A stretch of DNA of 64,000 bases. Origin: Chloroflexota bacterium (GTDB lineage: Bacteria; Chloroflexota; Dehalococcoidia; Lucifugimonadales; UBA2985). This document shows positions 50,212 through 58,154 of this stretch, piece by piece. Each line of letters opens with the position of its first letter. Within the stretch, counting starts at the first letter, position 1. The stretch is from NCBI GenBank assembly GCA_028877205.1, contig JAPPHY010000002.1, forward strand, positions 13,994 through 77,993, given 5' to 3'. Under the pieces are notes generated by a model. That model did not search any database, had not been told where the DNA came from, and saw only the letters and a list, made by a program, of their open reading frames with translations. The position numbers and the translations under genes are program-made.

Positions 50212-50346
50212 CATCAGCCGTCAAGGCGCGCTATAATTGCACAGCCGCGTTTTCTGTGGGCCTTCCCCTTGCGCACGTATTTGCGCCCGCTGGGCGGTTT
50301 GAGTCCGAACCCCGTTAATCCACGTCTGCGTTAGAAGGAGAAAAAC

Positions 50347-51192
50347 ATGGGCAAACTTGACGGAAAAGTTGTCATTGTTACGGGAGCCAGCAGGGGAATT
50401 GGCGAGTCCATCGCCAAGATGTTCGCCGCTGAAGGCGGCAAGATTGTGTGTGCGGCCCGCACGCTTCGCGAGGGCGACCACCAGCTGGCCGGTTCGCTGG
50501 AGACGACGGTCGCCGCGATCCGCGACGCCGGCGGCGAGGCGACCGCGGTCGCGTCCAACATCTCGGAGCCGGAGCAGTGCGAGGCCCTGGTCGAGGCGGC
50601 TCGCCAGGCCTACGGCCCCGTGGATATCCTTGTGAACAACGCCGCGCTCCTGTACGCCGTGGCCACCAAGGACTACCCGCTCAACCGGTGGATGCGCACG
50701 TGGGCCGTGAACGTGCATGGCCCATTCACCCTCAGCCAGCTGGTGCTGAACGACATGATCGAGCGCGGCAGCGGCCGCATAGTGAACATCTCGTCCGGCG
50801 CGGCCACGGGTCCCGGACGCGGCCCGTACGAAAGCCCCGGCGGCAGCTCAGTCTACGGAACGCAGAAGGCTGCGCTGGAGCGGCTCACACAGGGCCTGGC
50901 GGCGGAGGTGTACCAGTACGGCGTGGGCGTGTCCGCGTTCTCGCCGTCGCAGTTCGTGCCCACGGTGGGCTCCATGTTCGCGCAGGGCAGGACGTCGGTG
51001 GACCCGAACACCACGGAGTCGCCGGAGACGATGGCGATGGCCGCGCTGCTTCTGTCCACCGAGCCGCTCGAAAAGGTGGCCGGCCGGGTGACCTACAGCC
51101 AGCAGATACTAAACGAGTTCGGCTGGATCACGGACGCCAGGGGCACTGGTGTTGACCCGGAGCGGATGGGGAGCGGCTTCAGCCGGATTTAG
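50347..51192 (+). CDS. SDR-family oxidoreductase
   Basis: VVIVTGASRGIGESIA (TGxxxGxG), NNAA, and the YGTQKAAL catalytic YxxxK. Confidence 0.85.
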   Translation: MGKLDGKVVIVTGASRGIGESIAKMFAAEGGKIVCAARTLREGDHQLAGSLETTVAAIRDAGGEATAVASNISEPEQCEALVEAARQAYGPVDILVNNAALLYAVATKDYPLNRWMRTWAVNVHGPFTLSQLVLNDMIERGSGRIVNISSGAATGPGRGPYESPGGSSVYGTQKAALERLTQGLAAEVYQYGVGVSAFSPSQFVPTVGSMFAQGRTSVDPNTTESPETMAMAALLLSTEPLEKVAGRVTYSQQILNEFGWITDARGTGVDPERMGSGFSRI

Positions 51193-51310
51193 TGCGGGCG
51201 AGGTTCGTGCTGGCCCCGCGGCGAGTTGGCTTCCGCCTCTCGCCGCGCACAACGACGATTTCGAATCCGAAGCCGGGGCCTGAGCATCTAATTCAGTAAG
51301 AGCGCGCGGC

Positions 51311-52468
51311 ATGAGAACACCCCTGCCCATAGCCACAATACTAGCGGCCCTGCTGCTGTTCGCGGCCGCGTGCGACTCTCCGGACGAGGCGGCCAGCCCG
51401 ACGGATACGCCTGTGCCGACCGTCACACCTCTGCCGACGTCCACGCCGGCACCCACACTCACGCCTGAGCCGACGCCCACGGAGGAGAAGGCCGACTTCA
51501 GGCCCGGCCCTGAGGACATCATAACCCTGCTCCCATACGACGCGATCAAGGCAGTCCTGGATCCGCGCCTGGTCGACGTGGAGTGGGCGAACCAGCAGAT
51601 GACGGACCTGGAGCAGGTCATCGGCGTGTCGATCGGCGGCGAGCATCGCGCCTATCCGATATACATGCTCAGCAGCCGCGAGATCGTGAACGACGTCGTG
51701 GGAGGTGTACCGATCGCGGTCACGTGGTGACCGCTCTGCTACTCGAGCATAGTTTATGCTCGCGAGATTGGAGACCAGGTCCACACCTTCGGCGTGTCCG
51801 GCAAGCTGGTGATGAACGCGCTGGTCATGTACGACCACCAGACCGACACGCTTTGGAGCCACTTCACGGGAGACGCCATATACGGGGAGCTGGAGGGCAC
51901 CAAGCTGGAGATCGTGCCTGCCCTGCACACCACCTGGCTGCGATGGAAGGAGCTTCACCCGGACACTCTGGTGCTGGACAAGCGGGGCTTCTACCGCTCC
52001 GACATCTACGAGTACTACTACGAGACCGGCGGAGCGGGCGTCATAGGCGAGGCCAACATCGACGACCGGTTGTACCTAAAGGAGTTCGTGGTTGGGCTGG
52101 TGCTCGACGGGCAGGCCAAGGCCTATCCCTTCGGCGACCTCAACGGTACGCCTGTTGTGAACGACACCTTCGCCGGCCGAGAGCTGGTGGTGACGTTCGA
52201 GACTCGCGCAGCCACTGGCAGCGTCTTCAGCCGCGTGGTGGACAGGGAGACGCTGACATTCCAGGAGACCGGTGAGGAGGTGCCCGGCGGCCCGACCATG
52301 ACCGACGACCAGACCGGCAGCGTCTGGCTCATGCCCACCGGCGAGGCAATCGAGGGCGAGCTGGAGGGTACTACACTGGAGCGTATTCCCTCCAACTACT
52401 CGTTCTGGTTCTCCTGGAATGACTACTACCCCAACACCCTGCTATACCCGGAGGACGGGCCCAGCTGA
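51311..52468 (+). CDS. DUF3179-like lipoprotein, candidate selenoprotein (in-frame UGA at 51728..51730)
   Basis: ORFs 51311..51730 and 51794..52468 share one frame and are separated only by that TGA. Read-through gives ...GGVPIAVTW-U-PLCYSSIVYAREIGDQVHTFGVSGKLVMNALVMYDHQTDTLWSHF. Lipobox LLFAAAC. Confidence 0.6.
51744..51762 (+). promoter_or_regulatory. candidate bacterial SECIS hairpin
   Basis: CGAGCATA-GTT-TATGCTCG, an 8-bp stem starting 13 nt after the UGA, with a G-first apical loop. The selD hairpin has the same GUU loop. Confidence 0.5.
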
Positions 52469-52482
52469 TTGCAGAGCCCTGC

Positions 52483-52700
52483 TGTCCGCTCATTCCCTTC
52501 GACACGCTCAGACCCTGCCCCCGTATCAGGGTACGGGGCAGGCTCCGCACTAGATGCGGAGATGAGCGGACAATTTAAGCCCGCTCGTGGTGAGCCTGTC
52601 GAACCACACGGGCGGGCCGCGCCCCCGCTCCCGTCATTGCGGCGGAAGCCGCAGTCCAGCACGCCCATTCGTGGTGAGCCTCTCGAACCAAGTGAGTGGG
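52483..52700. repeat. cluster of REP-like elements (types B, A, C, A)
   Basis: Type B reverse with nested hairpins at 52483..52572. Type A at 52579..52617. Type C reverse at 52631..52660, differing at 2 positions from 37833..37862. Type A at 52664..52700. Confidence 0.85.
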
Positions 52701-52735
52701 CTAAGCTGAGAGTGCGACGGCGTTTCGAGTGGGGT

Positions 52736-52810
52736 TGGAGCGGGTGATGGGGATCGAACCCACGACAACTTGCTTGGGAAGCAAGAGCTCTACCACTGAG
52801 CTACACCCGC
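52736..52810 (-). tRNA. tRNA-Gly (CCC), CCA encoded
   Basis: Reverse complement GCGGGTGTAGCTCAGTGGTAGAGCTCTTGCTTCCCAAGCAAGTTGTCGTGGGTTCGATCCCCATCACCCGCTCCA with anticodon loop TTCCCAA. Confidence 0.9.
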
Positions 52811-53030
52811 TCATGAAGCGGTCCGGGGCTCCGAACGCCGTCGGGCCGGCGTCCGGAACGCACGCAAATATGCTAGCACACGGAGCATCAGGGCGCTACC
52901 GTCCGGCGGTGCAGGCGTGTACGCATTGGCGTCGCGAGCTTTGACGTGTAGACGGCTTAGCTGTAAAGTATGGTGGTCGCCCGGCCGCACCGTGGCGAGT
53001 GGGCGCTTCACAGCGGAGTCAACTGGATAT

Positions 53031-53477
53031 ATGAACATCAGAAATCGGCTCAGATACGGCGAGACGATCATCTCGGATCATCACCCGTACTATGCCACCT
53101 CTCAGCGCATCATCCTCTACCATGAAGTGGAGGGGCGCGAGGAGATGTGGGAGTTGCCGTACGCCCGCGTGACTTCCGTGGAGGTGGTGAAGCTGCCGAG
53201 GCACAAGATGATGGTGGCGGGAACGCTGCTGATCGTGGGCGGCGCCATCATGTCGTCGTATGGATTCATCACGTCGATTCCCTCGATCCTGGCGGGCATA
53301 GGCGCGCTCGTGTACGGCGGCATAGGGCGGGAGGCCTACTACCAGATCAACGCCAACGGCATGTCCAAGGAAGAGGCTGCCAAGTGGCGGCTGGTCTACT
53401 GGGGCAGCGGGAGCTTCGTGCGCACCGTTCAGACCGTCCTTGGAGAGCGCAACGGCAGCTACCGAGACGAGTTCTAG
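53031..53477 (+). CDS. membrane protein with bacterial PH-like N-terminal segment, hypothetical
   Basis: Internal ATG of ORF 52917..53477. Two adjacent hydrophobic helices (MVAGTLLIVGGAIM, IPSILAGIGALVYGG). Confidence 0.45.
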   Translation: MNIRNRLRYGETIISDHHPYYATSQRIILYHEVEGREEMWELPYARVTSVEVVKLPRHKMMVAGTLLIVGGAIMSSYGFITSIPSILAGIGALVYGGIGREAYYQINANGMSKEEAAKWRLVYWGSGSFVRTVQTVLGERNGSYRDEF

Positions 53478-54226
53478 CGCCCGGAGCCTTCAGCGAACTC
53501 CAACGCCATCTGAGCCACTTCCTCCGGCGACCTGCGGCCCGACGACGCCAGCTCATCGAGCATGGCTCTGCGGCGCTCCACATCCGCCTCCGCGCCTCGA
53601 AGGAACACCGGCGTGTCCACCGCCTCGAACCGGTCGTCCGACTCCACCCACTTGAACAGCTGCCGCCCCTCCGGCCTGCCGTCCCGCACGCGGTCGATCT
53701 CGTGTATTTCCGACACGCGCCGCCAGAAGGTCTCGTCGTCCTCGCCGAACCGGAGGATGTACAGCATCAGATCGATGCGCGAGGCGTCCTCGTCTGCGAC
53801 ACCACACCCTTCGCAGATGTCGTTGAACGTTTCCTCCAGGCCCGGCGCGTGCATTGACGTGACCAGGGAGTAGCCCACCGTCATGGCGTCGAACACGCGC
53901 TGCACCGGTTCGCCCCAGATGTAGCCGGGGACCGGTCCCCGGCTGAACTCCGGCACCACCAGGTAGCCGCCCGTCGCAGCCTCCTTGAGCCTGCCAACCT
54001 CCGTCTGGTCGGCGCCCAGCCGGTGCACCGGCACGTCCGGCGGCAGCAGCGACAGGACGGCGTTGAAGGTCGTGGTCTTGCCAGCCAGCCGCGGGATCGC
54101 GACCACCACGATCGACAACCTAGCGTCGACGGCAGCCCACAGGACGGCGGCCATGCGCGACGACATGGTGCCGTTGCGAATCAGGTCTACTATGGTGACG
54201 CTGTCAGGCGTGCTCAATGCAGTCAC
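53474..54226 (-). CDS. degenerate T2SS/T4SS-type (VirB11/CpaF-like) P-loop ATPase, 250 aa
   Basis: DLIRNGTMSSRMAAVLWAAVDARLSIVVVAIPRLAGKTTTFNAVLSLLP parallels the VirB11/CpaF segment preceding and including Walker A. The His-box-like TSMHA is present. GTG start 28 nt after the selD stop. Confidence 0.55.
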   Translation of the reverse strand: MTALSTPDSVTIVDLIRNGTMSSRMAAVLWAAVDARLSIVVVAIPRLAGKTTTFNAVLSLLPPDVPVHRLGADQTEVGRLKEAATGGYLVVPEFSRGPVPGYIWGEPVQRVFDAMTVGYSLVTSMHAPGLEETFNDICEGCGVADEDASRIDLMLYILRFGEDDETFWRRVSEIHEIDRVRDGRPEGRQLFKWVESDDRFEAVDTPVFLRGAEADVERRRAMLDELASSGRRSPEEVAQMALEFAEGSGR

Positions 54227-54253
54227 TCCTCCATAGATCGTCTTGGGATGCCC

Positions 54254-55300
54254 CTACGGGAGCACCTCGATCAAGTGCTGCCCGCCTTCGGCCATCTCAC
54301 CGATGACGGCCGACCCGCTCACGCCCCTGCGTGACAGCGCGGCGGTCAGCTCGGATAGCTTGGCGGGTGGAACGGACATGAGCAGACCGCCGGATGTCTG
54401 CGCGTCGCACAGGACGAGCTTCATCTCATCGCTCACCGACCCGTCCCACGCCGCAACGATGTCGACGGAGCTCAGGTTGCGACGGGTGCCGCCCGGCGCG
54501 ACGCCGCTGCAAACGAGATCCCACGTCCCATCGATCAGCGGCACGTCTGACGCTCGAACTCGCGCGGTCACGCCGGAGGCCTCGGCCATAGACTTCAGGT
54601 GGCCCAGCAGTCCGAACCCGGTGACGTCCGTGCAGGCGTTGACCCCAACCTCCGTCATCGCCTCCGAGGCGTCGCGGTTGAGGGCGCTCATCACCTCGAT
54701 GGCGCTCTCCAATACGGCATCGTCCACGACTCCCTGCTTGCCGGCCGTGGTGATGATGCCCGTGCCCAACGGCTTGGTGAGCAGCAGCAGGTCGCCCGCG
54801 CAGGCGGTGTCGATGCCGACGTGTCCGCCCGGCTGCACGGTACCTGTAACCGCCATTCCGTACTTGGGCTCTTTGTCGTCCAGCGTGTGTCCGCCCACGA
54901 TGAGCACGCCCGCCTCGGCGGCCTTGGCCGCGCCTCCCTTCAGAATCTCGCCGAGAATGTCCATCGGCAGGTCTATAGGGAAGCACACCAGGTTCATGGC
55001 CAGGAGCGGCTTGCCTCCCATAGCGTACACGTCGCTGAAGGCATTGGCCGCGGCGATGGCCCCGAAGTGCCACGGGTCGTCCACGATTGGTGGAAAGATG
55101 TCGACGGTCTGCACGATAGCGAGGTCGTCCCGCAGGCGGTAGACTGCCGCGTCGTCGCGCGTGCCTATCCCCACCAGCAGGTTGGGGTCATCGAAGGTCG
55201 GCAGCCGGCGCAGAACCTGCGCCAGGTCCTCTGGACTGAACTTGGATGCTCAGCCGGCGCAACTGGCCAGGCTGGTCAGCCGAATCTGCTCACCCTGCAA
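54254..55300 (-). CDS. selD: selenide, water dikinase (selenophosphate synthetase), Sec-containing (UGA at 55250..55252)
   Basis: The ORF-track piece 54254..55174 carries GIGTRDDAAVY, DIFPPIVDDP and GGHT motifs. The same frame upstream reads (TTG)QGEQIRLTSLASCAG-U-ASKFSPEDLAQVLRRLPTFDDPNLLV. The UGA is codon 17, as is Cys17 of E. coli SelD. GGAGAAAGG lies 9 nt before the TTG. Confidence 0.85.
55205..55225 (-). promoter_or_regulatory. SECIS hairpin of selD
   Basis: CUGGCGCAG-GUU-CUGCGCCGG, a 9-bp stem (one G.U pair) starting 24 nt after the UGA. Confidence 0.6.
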
Positions 55301-55363
55301 GTGACTTGTCCTTTCTCCGATAGTCCCAGGCGGGCACTCAACATGATAGCACACGAGGGGCGT

Positions 55364-56275
55364 CTAGACGTACCTCGCGCCGCTGTCCGGCAGAATGGTC
55401 ACCACCACGCGCCCTGAGCCCAGCCTGCTGGCCACCCGCAGCGCGGCCGCCACGTTCGCGCCGGAGGAGACGCCCACCAGCAGTCCCTCCTCGCTTGCCA
55501 GCCGCGCCGATACCGCCATTGCCTCCACGTCACTGACGGAAATGACCTCGTCCACCAGCGACATGTCGAGCAGCGGCGGCAGGAAGTCCGGCCCAAGGCC
55601 CGGAATTCCGTGGTCGCCCGGCTCGCCGCCGCTCAGGACCGGCGACGCCGCCGGCTCAACGGCCACCACGAGCGTATCGGGCCGTTGCTCCTTGAGCGCA
55701 CCGCCCACGCCCGTGATCGTTCCTCCGGTGCCCACACCTGCGACGAAGGCATCCACGCTGCCGCCCGTGTCCCCAAGGATCTCACTCGCGGTGGTCTCCC
55801 GATGGGCCCTGGGGTTGGCCGGATTCGTGAACTGGTCGATCCACACGTACGATGAGTCCTCCTGCACCAGCTTCTCCACGGCGTTGATGGCCCCGGCCAT
55901 GCCGTCAAGGGGGGACGTGGTCAGGATCTCGGCGCCCAGGTGGATCAGCAGCCGTCTCCGCTCCGGGGGCACTCCTTCCGGCATGGCGATGACGACCCGG
56001 TAGCCTCTGGCGGCGGCGACCATTGCAAGGGATATGCCGGAGTTGCCGCCGGTTGCCTCGATAAGCGTCTGGCCTGGGCGCAGCCTGCCCGACTCCTCCG
56101 CGTCCAGCACCATCGCCAGTGCGATGCGGTCCTTGACGCTGCCGGTGGGGTTGCAGCACTCCAGCTTGCAGAGCACGGCGGCGGAGCCCTCTTCCGGCAG
56201 TCGCTCAAGCGCCACCATCGGGGTGTTGCCTATGGCCTCCAGGACGCTGCGGCGCATGCGTGCGACGGCCTCCAC
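55364..56275 (-). CDS. cysK: cysteine synthase family PLP enzyme (CysK/CysM-like)
   Basis: NPTGSVKDR (PLP lysine), GTGGTITG, SSGAN motifs. 303 aa. Its stop is 63 nt upstream of the selD start. Confidence 0.85.
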   Translation of the reverse strand: MEAVARMRRSVLEAIGNTPMVALERLPEEGSAAVLCKLECCNPTGSVKDRIALAMVLDAEESGRLRPGQTLIEATGGNSGISLAMVAAARGYRVVIAMPEGVPPERRRLLIHLGAEILTTSPLDGMAGAINAVEKLVQEDSSYVWIDQFTNPANPRAHRETTASEILGDTGGSVDAFVAGVGTGGTITGVGGALKEQRPDTLVVAVEPAASPVLSGGEPGDHGIPGLGPDFLPPLLDMSLVDEVISVSDVEAMAVSARLASEEGLLVGVSSGANVAAALRVASRLGSGRVVVTILPDSGARYV

Positions 56276-56366
56276 TCTCTGGATGTCTCATTTTGTCCCC
56301 GCAGGGTGCGCTAGTCAAGCAGGGCGATGTGTGACGGCGGCGAAGCGGCCGATTCGCGCCCACGAC

Positions 56367-56525
56367 CACTGTTGTCATTTCGAGCGGAGCGTAAGTGGAG
56401 TCGAGAAATCTAAAACCTCCGAGAACTTTCGGTCTCTCCCCTGTTGGCAAGCATGGCATCCCATCTCGATTCCGCCGCGGTGTACGAGAGTCCTGGATTT
56501 CTCGACTTCGCTCGAAATGACAGTG
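56367..56525. repeat. MITE-like element with terminal inverted repeats
   Basis: CACTGTTGTCATTTCGAGCG...CGCTCGAAATGACAGTG termini and inner inverted repeat GAGTCGAGAAATC/GGATTTCTCGACTTC. Same family as 43406..43508. Confidence 0.8.
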
Positions 56526-56647
56526 GATTTGAGTTCAGCGTGACGACGCAGCCGCCGCCTGGACGCCTATGCGTGTTGCCCGTGCGGGGAGTGTGTGATA
56601 TATTCACCGCGCACTCACGCACGAAGGGAGACCGCGGCGCGGACGTC

Positions 56648-57457
56648 ATGGACAGGATCAAAGACAGGTTCGACGCCCTGGCTGCCCGCGGTGACATGGG
56701 GCTCATTCCCTACCTGACCGTGGGATTCCCAACTGTCGAGGACACACTGTCGCTGATACCGGCGCTTGAGGAGGGCGGTGCGGACGTGATTGAGCTCGGT
56801 GTGCCGTTCAGCGACCCCATCGCCGACGGCCCGACGATCCAACGCTCCAGCTTCCACGCCCTTACGCAGGGCGTAACGCCGGCCGCTTGCCTTGACGTGT
56901 GTGGCCGCCTCAGGGGAGCAGGCGTGTCCGTTCCATTCGTGCTCATGGGCTACTACAATTCAATCCTCAGCTACGGACTGGAGCGGTTTGCCGGTGACGC
57001 GGCGCAGGCCGGTGTGGACGGCGCAATCGTGGTGGACCTGCCGTTCGAGGAGGCCGGCCCCCTGCGCAATGCCTTCGACCCGCTTGGTATCCACATTATC
57101 CCACTTCTGACTCCCACCAGCACGGACACTCGCATCGAAATGAACTGCGAGGGGGCCGGCGGGTTTGTGTATTGCGTCAGCCTCACAGGCGTAACCGGCG
57201 CGCGCGACGAGCTTCCACCGGGCATTCCCGACATGACCCGGCGCGTGCGCTGCCACACAGAGCTTCCGCTGGCCGTTGGGTTTGGCGTGTCGCAGAGGCG
57301 TCACGTCGAGGCGCTGTCGTCTTGCGCGCAGGCGGCCGTGGTGGGCAGCGCGCTCGTAGACCTGGTGGATCGGACGCCTGGCGAACGCAGGGCGGAGGAG
57401 GCGAAGGAGTTCGTGGCAGGCCTCAAGGGTGCAGTACCGACGCAGGGGAGGCGCTGA
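56648..57457 (+). CDS. trpA: tryptophan synthase alpha chain
   Basis: The internal ATG of ORF 56444..57457 gives MDRIKDRFDAL...LIPYLTVGFP...ELGVPFSDPIADGPTIQ. Confidence 0.9.
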   Translation: MDRIKDRFDALAARGDMGLIPYLTVGFPTVEDTLSLIPALEEGGADVIELGVPFSDPIADGPTIQRSSFHALTQGVTPAACLDVCGRLRGAGVSVPFVLMGYYNSILSYGLERFAGDAAQAGVDGAIVVDLPFEEAGPLRNAFDPLGIHIIPLLTPTSTDTRIEMNCEGAGGFVYCVSLTGVTGARDELPPGIPDMTRRVRCHTELPLAVGFGVSQRRHVEALSSCAQAAVVGSALVDLVDRTPGERRAEEAKEFVAGLKGAVPTQGRR

Positions 57458-57459
57458 GC

Positions 57460-57819
57460 ATGACGATGGTTCGCGGCCTGCGTGGAGCGACGACCGCGGC
57501 GGACAACACCCGCGAGGCGGTGCTTGAGGCAACGCGCGAGCTCTTGGAGCACCTGGTGGATGCCAACGATCTCCGCACCGAGGACGTGGCAGGTACGTTC
57601 TTCACCACTTCGCCGGACCTCAACGCTGAGTTTCCAGCCGTCGCCGCAAGGCAGATGGGTTGGGAGTACGTGCCCCTGATCTGCGGCCATGAGATGAGCG
57701 TGCCGACAGGCCTTCCGCTCTGCATCCGCGTTATGGTGCTGGTGAACACGGACAAGACCCAGCAGGAGATGAAGCATCTCTACCTCAGGGACGCCGAGAA
57801 CCTGCGGTCGAGGACGTAG
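57460..57819 (+). CDS. aroH: chorismate mutase, AroH class
   Basis: MTMVRGLRGATTA...TSPDLNAEFPAVAARQMGWEYVPLIC...CIRVMVLVNTD is collinear with B. subtilis AroH. Confidence 0.85.
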   Translation: MTMVRGLRGATTAADNTREAVLEATRELLEHLVDANDLRTEDVAGTFFTTSPDLNAEFPAVAARQMGWEYVPLICGHEMSVPTGLPLCIRVMVLVNTDKTQQEMKHLYLRDAENLRSRT

Positions 57820-57836
57820 GAACCGGAGAATTCGCA

Positions 57837-58013
57837 ATGACCACGAACGACAGGCTCAAGGTGTTCTTGATCGGAGTGCCGGGCGGCGCGCTGCTGATAG
57901 CGGGCCTGCTCAGCATCAACTCGGACAGCAGCCTGCCGCGGCTGTTCATATCGGTGGGCGTCGCGCTTATAGTCGTCGCTCAGCTTGTTCGCTGGAGGGC
58001 GATGCGGCGCTAG
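57837..58013 (+). CDS. small two-helix membrane protein (58 aa), hypothetical
   Basis: The ATG lies 8 nt after GGAG. MTTNDRLKVFLIGVPGGALLIAGLL...LFISVGVALIVVAQLVRW. Below the ORF-track cutoff. Confidence 0.35.
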   Translation: MTTNDRLKVFLIGVPGGALLIAGLLSINSDSSLPRLFISVGVALIVVAQLVRWRAMRR

Positions 58014-58154
58014 CGGCGCCCCCGCGTAGCGTGCGCGGGCGTCGAATACGCACGGGCACTGGACACGCTTCGCTCCTGGTGATAGAGTATGCCCCTGTTG
58101 GCGTGAGGCACGAAAGTCCTCCGCCGGGCAAATACCATCGTACGCAGGTGTACC

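Noticed and set aside
51728-51730. A simple nonsense mutation making the DUF3179 gene a pseudogene.
   Set aside because: Not fully excluded. It is disfavoured because the stop is specifically TGA at a Cys-type redox position, both halves remain intact and in frame, a SECIS-like hairpin follows, and selD in the same window is Sec-dependent.
54254-55174. selD starting at the GTG given by the ORF track.
   Set aside because: That start would remove the essential Gly-rich Sec/Cys loop. The upstream frame continues through a UGA to a TTG with an RBS and matches SelD N-termini.
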